A DNA stretch of 62,808 bases, taken from the IMG/VR virus record IMGVR_UViG_3300044568_000638, positions 1 through 62,808 of that record, one strand, 5' to 3'. The position numbers and the translations under genes were made by a program. This stretch comes from a virus (Duplodnaviria; Caudoviricetes). Position 1 is the stretch's first letter, and each line of letters begins with the position of its first letter. This document shows positions 58,117 through 62,808 of the stretch, piece by piece. The notes beneath the pieces were generated by a model. The model was not told the DNA's origin. It worked only from the letters and a program-made list of their open reading frames with translations, and searched no databases.

Positions 58117-58634
58117 TGCTTTACAAGCTAACCGTGATTGCATCCCGTGAAATTGGGGTACAAGAAACTGGTGGTAATAATTGTGGTAAACGCATTCGTG
58201 AATACCAGTCCGCAACTGAACTTACTCCAGCTGCATGGCCTTGGTGTGCAGCATTCGTTGATTGGTCTATTCGCGAATGGTTAAAAGACAAAGAAGTTGT
58301 TGATTGGCTAGGTTTAAAAAATAGCACTCCTGACAAATGGAGGCCAACAACAGCGTTAGCATATGGATTGACATCATGGGCAAAACAAAGGCCAAATACC
58401 ACTAAGGTTTACAATGAAAAAGACAGAGCAATCACTGGAGATATTGTTACCTTTGATTTTTCGCATACAGGAATTGTTTTGGAAGATTGTGGCGACCATA
58501 TTGTAACAATCGAAGGAAACACTAATGGCAGTGGAGGCAGAGACTCTGAAAGTGGTGATGGAGTCTGGAGAAAGATTCGTAAAAAATCACTTGTAAAAGA
58601 CATTATTCGCATACATCCATCGACAGCTAAATAA
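58116..58634 (+). CDS. CHAP-domain endolysin
   Basis: WCAAFV, HTGIV, IEGNT. Confidence 0.88.
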   Translation: MLYKLTVIASREIGVQETGGNNCGKRIREYQSATELTPAAWPWCAAFVDWSIREWLKDKEVVDWLGLKNSTPDKWRPTTALAYGLTSWAKQRPNTTKVYNEKDRAITGDIVTFDFSHTGIVLEDCGDHIVTIEGNTNGSGGRDSESGDGVWRKIRKKSLVKDIIRIHPSTAK

Positions 58635-58636
58635 AT

Positions 58637-59383
58637 ATGGCAAATATTACCCACAAGTGGAAAAAAGTCCTAGCAGTTTCGTGCAGTCATGCGAAATATT
58701 GTGACAAAGAATCATTAGATGCTGTTTTAAAATTTAAAAAAGACTTTAAACCACATACAACTATACATCTTGGTGATTTTGTTGATTTAACAAGTTTAAT
58801 GTCTGGAGCAAAAGGGTCAAGTGAAGCAGAACCACTCATTCCTGATATTGATACAGGATTAATGCACTTGAAAATTCTAGGAGCTAATGTTGTGTTGTGT
58901 GGCAATCACGAAGATCGAGCGTGGAGATTGCAATCAAGTAATAATGCTGTCGTAGCTCATGCCGCATATAAGATAGTTGAAGCTATTGAAGATTGTTGCA
59001 AGAAACTCCGCGCACCACTGTTTCCGTGGGATGGAGTATTCCAGATGTATAATCTCGCTGACATTGGATTCCAGCATGGTGTTCTTTATAACGAAATGGC
59101 TGCTAGAGACACCGCAGAGGCATTTTGCAATGGGACTAGGAGGAAGGTTGTGTTTGGGCATACCCATAAAGTTGCAATGCAGTCTGGGCGCAATCTTGTT
59201 GGAGGAACTGGGTACAATATTGGTTCTTTGACAAAAAGATCCTCGATGGAGTACGCTAAAACGCGCAGGGCTACCCTTGCTTGGACAAATGGATTTCTGT
59301 GGGGTGAGTATTGCGAGGAACTTAACCAATCTTCACTACATATTACATCACGGGAACAAGGGCAGATGTGGAGATTGCCATGA
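58637..59383 (+). CDS. Calcineurin-like metallophosphoesterase
   Basis: CSH (for DxH), GDFVD, GNHE, HG, GHTH. Confidence 0.85.
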   Translation: MANITHKWKKVLAVSCSHAKYCDKESLDAVLKFKKDFKPHTTIHLGDFVDLTSLMSGAKGSSEAEPLIPDIDTGLMHLKILGANVVLCGNHEDRAWRLQSSNNAVVAHAAYKIVEAIEDCCKKLRAPLFPWDGVFQMYNLADIGFQHGVLYNEMAARDTAEAFCNGTRRKVVFGHTHKVAMQSGRNLVGGTGYNIGSLTKRSSMEYAKTRRATLAWTNGFLWGEYCEELNQSSLHITSREQGQMWRLP

Positions 59384-59643
59384 CTCCAAACGATTTTCTT
59401 AAAATTCTACTTAACGCAAGCAAAAAATGCGCTGATCCAGCCCCAGATGGATGGTATTCTAGAGATCAATTAAGTAAAATATGGGGCGTTAAAAAAACAA
59501 TCTCTTGGCATAGGATTTCAAAAGGCATTGAGCTTGGTTTAATTGAAAAGAGAGTTTTTTATGTTGCAGATGTAAATGGTTCATTGATACCAATCCCTCA
59601 TTATTTTTTTAAAGATGAAAAAAAACCTAAGAGTAAGAATTAA
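59380..59643 (+). CDS. Small winged-HTH-like protein
   Basis: P.GW.S..Q....W...P.PHY. Confidence 0.45.
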   Translation: MTPNDFLKILLNASKKCADPAPDGWYSRDQLSKIWGVKKTISWHRISKGIELGLIEKRVFYVADVNGSLIPIPHYFFKDEKKPKSKN

Positions 59644-59884
59644 CGGGCAAGTATGGACTATTAGTTATGGTATTCCGGGTAAAACCAATGGAATCATCGA
59701 TGACGGATGCTGCGATTACGAAAAACGTAAAATTACAATCAATCGAAAATCAGAAAGCTCTTTTCTTAATGTATTATCGCATGAAGTACTACACGCAAGG
59801 CTTCCAGACTTCAGTGAGGAAGCTATTGAAGAGATAGGCTCGTTAATTGACGATATTTACGTTAAAATGCAGCAAGTTTCTTGA
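59615..59884 (+). CDS. Small HExxH zincin-like protein
   Basis: G.CD.....I.I...HEVLHA. Confidence 0.7.
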   Translation: MKKNLRVRINGQVWTISYGIPGKTNGIIDDGCCDYEKRKITINRKSESSFLNVLSHEVLHARLPDFSEEAIEEIGSLIDDIYVKMQQVS

Positions 59885-59934
59885 AATAATTTGACAAAAA
59901 ATGATATTTTATATTACTTTATTAAAAATGCCTT

Positions 59935-62028
59935 ATGTCTCAATATAGCTGGATTCCAAACATTACAAATTGCGATTGTGATCAATTAAATTCTATGGAC
60001 TGCAATTGGCCTAATGTGGGATCTACTGGTGCTACAGGTGCTACGGGAATCGGTTCTAGTGGAGCAACTGGGCCACAAGGTTCTACTGGCATTGGTGTAC
60101 AAGGTGGAACTGGGGCAACGGGGGTGATGGGAGCAACAGGTATTGGATCGCAAGGATTGACGGGGGCTACTGGCGCAACTGGATCTGGAGCGACTGGAGC
60201 AAGTGGAGTCCAAGGTTTAACTGGAGTGCAAGGATCGACGGGATCTACAGGAATAGGATCTACTGGCGCAACTGGAACATCTCCAGTAATTACTCGACAA
60301 AGTTTTACATCTCATCCAATTCAAGTTGGAATCAGAACATTCAATTATGGTTCTGCTGATATTGGATGGACATTTGGCTCAAGGTTACGAGCAGTTGCAA
60401 ATTCAGCATATCCTTACGACTGGGTTGAAGGAACAGCAATAAATGTTGCTTCTAATTTTGTAACTATCAATGTCGATAAAACTCAAGGTTCTGGAACTTT
60501 TTCAGTTTGGGTTATTGGATTAGCTGGAGAGGGTGGGATTGGCGCAACTGGATCTACTGGTATCCAAGGAGCCACAGGAATCGTTGGAAACACTGGAGCC
60601 ACTGGATTGACTGGATCAACAGGTTTAACGGGGTCAACAGGTTCAACTGGTTTGACGGGAGATGTTGGTAGCACTGGGCTACAGGGCTTGCAGGGTATTC
60701 AAGGCATTCAGGGTATCCAAGGAGCCACAGGAATCGTTGGAAACACTGGAGCCAGCGGATCTACTGGCGCAACGGGTGAAGGGTCTACGGGAGCAACGGG
60801 TATTCAAGGCCCAGTAGGCCCAAGCGGAGGCCCAACAGGAGCAACTGGCCCAACAGGAGCAACAGGAGCAACTGGGCCACAAGGAGCAGGAGCAACGGGT
60901 GACACTGGAGCTACTGGAATTGATGGGGCAACTGGAATTCAAGGTTCTACTGGGCCACAAGGAGTACAGGGAATTCAAGGGATTCAAGGAGACATTGGAG
61001 CCACTGGCACTGGAGCAACAGGAGCTACTGGAATTGGTTTAACTGGAGCTACGGGATTAACTGGAGCTACTGGATCAGGAGGTGGAATAACACCGGGAGT
61101 TATTGATAATGCAGTTCTTCGCGCAGATGGAACTGCTGGAACATTGCTTCAGAACTCCGATATTTTAATTGATGACGCAACTACTTCAACGCAAAACAAT
61201 GTTGCAATTAGAGTTAATCATCAAGGACAAACAACTTCATCATTAGTTTTAACACCAACAGGATTTGGCGCATTTATTCTTGGGGGAAAACCAGATTCGA
61301 CAGCTTTTGGCGGAAATGCAAGAGGCAATTTCGCTTGCGATCTTCAAATTGCCAGAACAGCGGCAAATCAAGTCGCTGCAAGTGCTTATTCAGTTATTTC
61401 TGGAGGGCAAGGAAATAGATCGGCTGGAGGGGGTTGGACGGTTGTTTCTGGGGGTAATAATAATGAGATATCTGCAAGTTTTGCGGTTGTTTCTGGGGGA
61501 AAAGGAAATAGAGCAGATTCAACTTATTCCGCAATATCTGGAGGATTTGAAGCGAAAGTGGATAGATATGCAATGACCGCATTTGCAAGTGGACAATTTT
61601 CTGCCGTTGGCGACAATCAATTTGTAAGGTTTATTCTCCGTAATAAAACAACTAATAACACACCAACAGAACTTTTCTTGGATGGCACAGCAGCACTACA
61701 AAGGTTAACTATCCCTGCTGGCAAGATATTTTCATTTCAAATGATACTTGTTGGAATTAGGTCTGATGGTGGAGATCAAGTTGGAAATGGCTGGATAGCT
61801 GCTGCGGGTGCAAGCACGACTTATACTGGAGCAATTAAAAATGTTTCAGCAACAACAACTCTAATAACATCAGGGACTTCTTCTTATACAAGAGCAGATG
61901 GTGTCGGATGGGCGATATCAGCAGATGATACAAATGACTCTCTTAAAATTGAAGTTACAGGAAAAACTGGAGAAACATGGAGATGGATTGCTCTTGTTGA
62001 TGGAACTGAATTAGCTTACGGAACATAA
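59935..62028 (+). CDS. Collagen-like fibre with SGG..N repeats and C-terminal beta domain
   Basis: GAT triplets, inserted domain homologous to that at 404-686, Cys-rich N-terminus. Confidence 0.85.
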   Translation: MSQYSWIPNITNCDCDQLNSMDCNWPNVGSTGATGATGIGSSGATGPQGSTGIGVQGGTGATGVMGATGIGSQGLTGATGATGSGATGASGVQGLTGVQGSTGSTGIGSTGATGTSPVITRQSFTSHPIQVGIRTFNYGSADIGWTFGSRLRAVANSAYPYDWVEGTAINVASNFVTINVDKTQGSGTFSVWVIGLAGEGGIGATGSTGIQGATGIVGNTGATGLTGSTGLTGSTGSTGLTGDVGSTGLQGLQGIQGIQGIQGATGIVGNTGASGSTGATGEGSTGATGIQGPVGPSGGPTGATGPTGATGATGPQGAGATGDTGATGIDGATGIQGSTGPQGVQGIQGIQGDIGATGTGATGATGIGLTGATGLTGATGSGGGITPGVIDNAVLRADGTAGTLLQNSDILIDDATTSTQNNVAIRVNHQGQTTSSLVLTPTGFGAFILGGKPDSTAFGGNARGNFACDLQIARTAANQVAASAYSVISGGQGNRSAGGGWTVVSGGNNNEISASFAVVSGGKGNRADSTYSAISGGFEAKVDRYAMTAFASGQFSAVGDNQFVRFILRNKTTNNTPTELFLDGTAALQRLTIPAGKIFSFQMILVGIRSDGGDQVGNGWIAAAGASTTYTGAIKNVSATTTLITSGTSSYTRADGVGWAISADDTNDSLKIEVTGKTGETWRWIALVDGTELAYGT

Positions 62029-62030
62029 TT

Positions 62031-62273
62031 ATGAAAACATTTGGCGTTATATTTCAAGATGAAACAAGAGATTTGATTTCCATCGTATTAGACGAAGAAG
62101 GCAATCCTCGCATTGGCACTCTTGCACCATATCCAAAACCTGATGATTGGGTTGATCCCGCTATTCTGCCACTGGTGAAAATTGAAAAACCAGAAGAAGG
62201 AGAATGGGAACCTGTGGTAGTTTGGTTTGATGATCGAGTTGAGCGTCAATGGCAACAAATAAATAACATTTGA
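62031..62273 (+). CDS. Hypothetical fibre-associated protein
   Basis: Packed after fibre gene. Confidence 0.55.
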   Translation: MKTFGVIFQDETRDLISIVLDEEGNPRIGTLAPYPKPDDWVDPAILPLVKIEKPEEGEWEPVVVWFDDRVERQWQQINNI

Positions 62274-62310
62274 CTTAATTAACAAAAAATGAGAAAAGGA
62301 ATAACTAGCT

Positions 62311-62808
62311 ATGTCTTGCAATTATCTATTTAACGATTACGGAAACTACAATTATTCATATGATAATAGCGGAATTAAATCTATAGGTGCAACTGGAGCA
62401 ACTGGGCCTATTGGTGCTACAGGTTTAGGGGTAAATGGAGCAACTGGAGAAATAGGAGCTACTGGGCCAAGTGGAGGGCCAACAGGTGCTACTGGAGTTT
62501 CTGGTGGTGTTGGATCAACTGGAGTCTCTGGTGGTGTTGGATCAACTGGAGCTACTGGAGTTGGCGCGACAGGTTCTCAAGGTGCTACTGGAGTCTCTGG
62601 TGGTGTTGGATCAACTGGAGCTACTGGAGTTGGTCTAACTGGAGCTACTGGAGTTGGCGCGACAGGTTCTAAAGGTGCTACGGGTATTCAAGGATCAACA
62701 GGCATTCAAGGTTCTACAGGCATTGGCTCAACTGGAATACAAGGAGCAACAGGACTTACAGGATCTGTTGGATCACAAGGAAGTACTGGTTCTACAGGCA
62801 TTGGCTCA
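62311..62808 (+). CDS. 5' part of junction-spanning collagen-like tail fibre
   Basis: MSCNYLFND... then GAT repeats, in frame with 3-2498 via the overlap. Confidence 0.85.
   Translation, partial: MSCNYLFNDYGNYNYSYDNSGIKSIGATGATGPIGATGLGVNGATGEIGATGPSGGPTGATGVSGGVGSTGVSGGVGSTGATGVGATGSQGATGVSGGVGSTGATGVGLTGATGVGATGSKGATGIQGSTGIQGSTGIGSTGIQGATGLTGSVGSQGSTGSTGIGS
62645..62808. repeat. Terminal overlap, right copy
   Basis: Matches 1-164. Confidence 0.95.

Overview
The window is an apparently complete, circularly permuted genome (about 62.6 kb unique; positions 1-164 repeat at 62645-62808) of an uncultured podovirus-like tailed phage. Plus-strand late arm: small terminase, accessory enzymes, large terminase, portal, scaffold, major capsid, many collagen-like/adhesin fibres, lysis genes, tail tubular proteins and ejection proteins. 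Minus-strand early arm (24.6-35.3 kb): lambda-O-like initiator with internal iterons, DnaB, ERF, PD-(D/E)XK exonuclease, SSB, RusA. I saw no integrase, polymerase, tRNA or CRISPR. A PVC/Verrucomicrobiota host is a weak inference. Most notable: (1) three otherwise unrelated genes after the portal share the ejection-protein N-terminus MGGxxT and a C-terminal copy of the scaffold protein's terminal motif, suggesting a two-address capsid-loading/ejection system for interchangeable cargo; (2) a GNAT-like enzyme and a PP-loop ATPase embedded in the ejection module; (3) an Erv1/Alr-like thiol oxidase with Cys-rich virion proteins; (4) a roughly 460-nt structured minus-strand ncRNA divergent from a structured capsid leader; (5) a RusA fold apparently split over two overlapping frames. 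All family assignments are from motif recognition by eye; no searches or folding programs were run.
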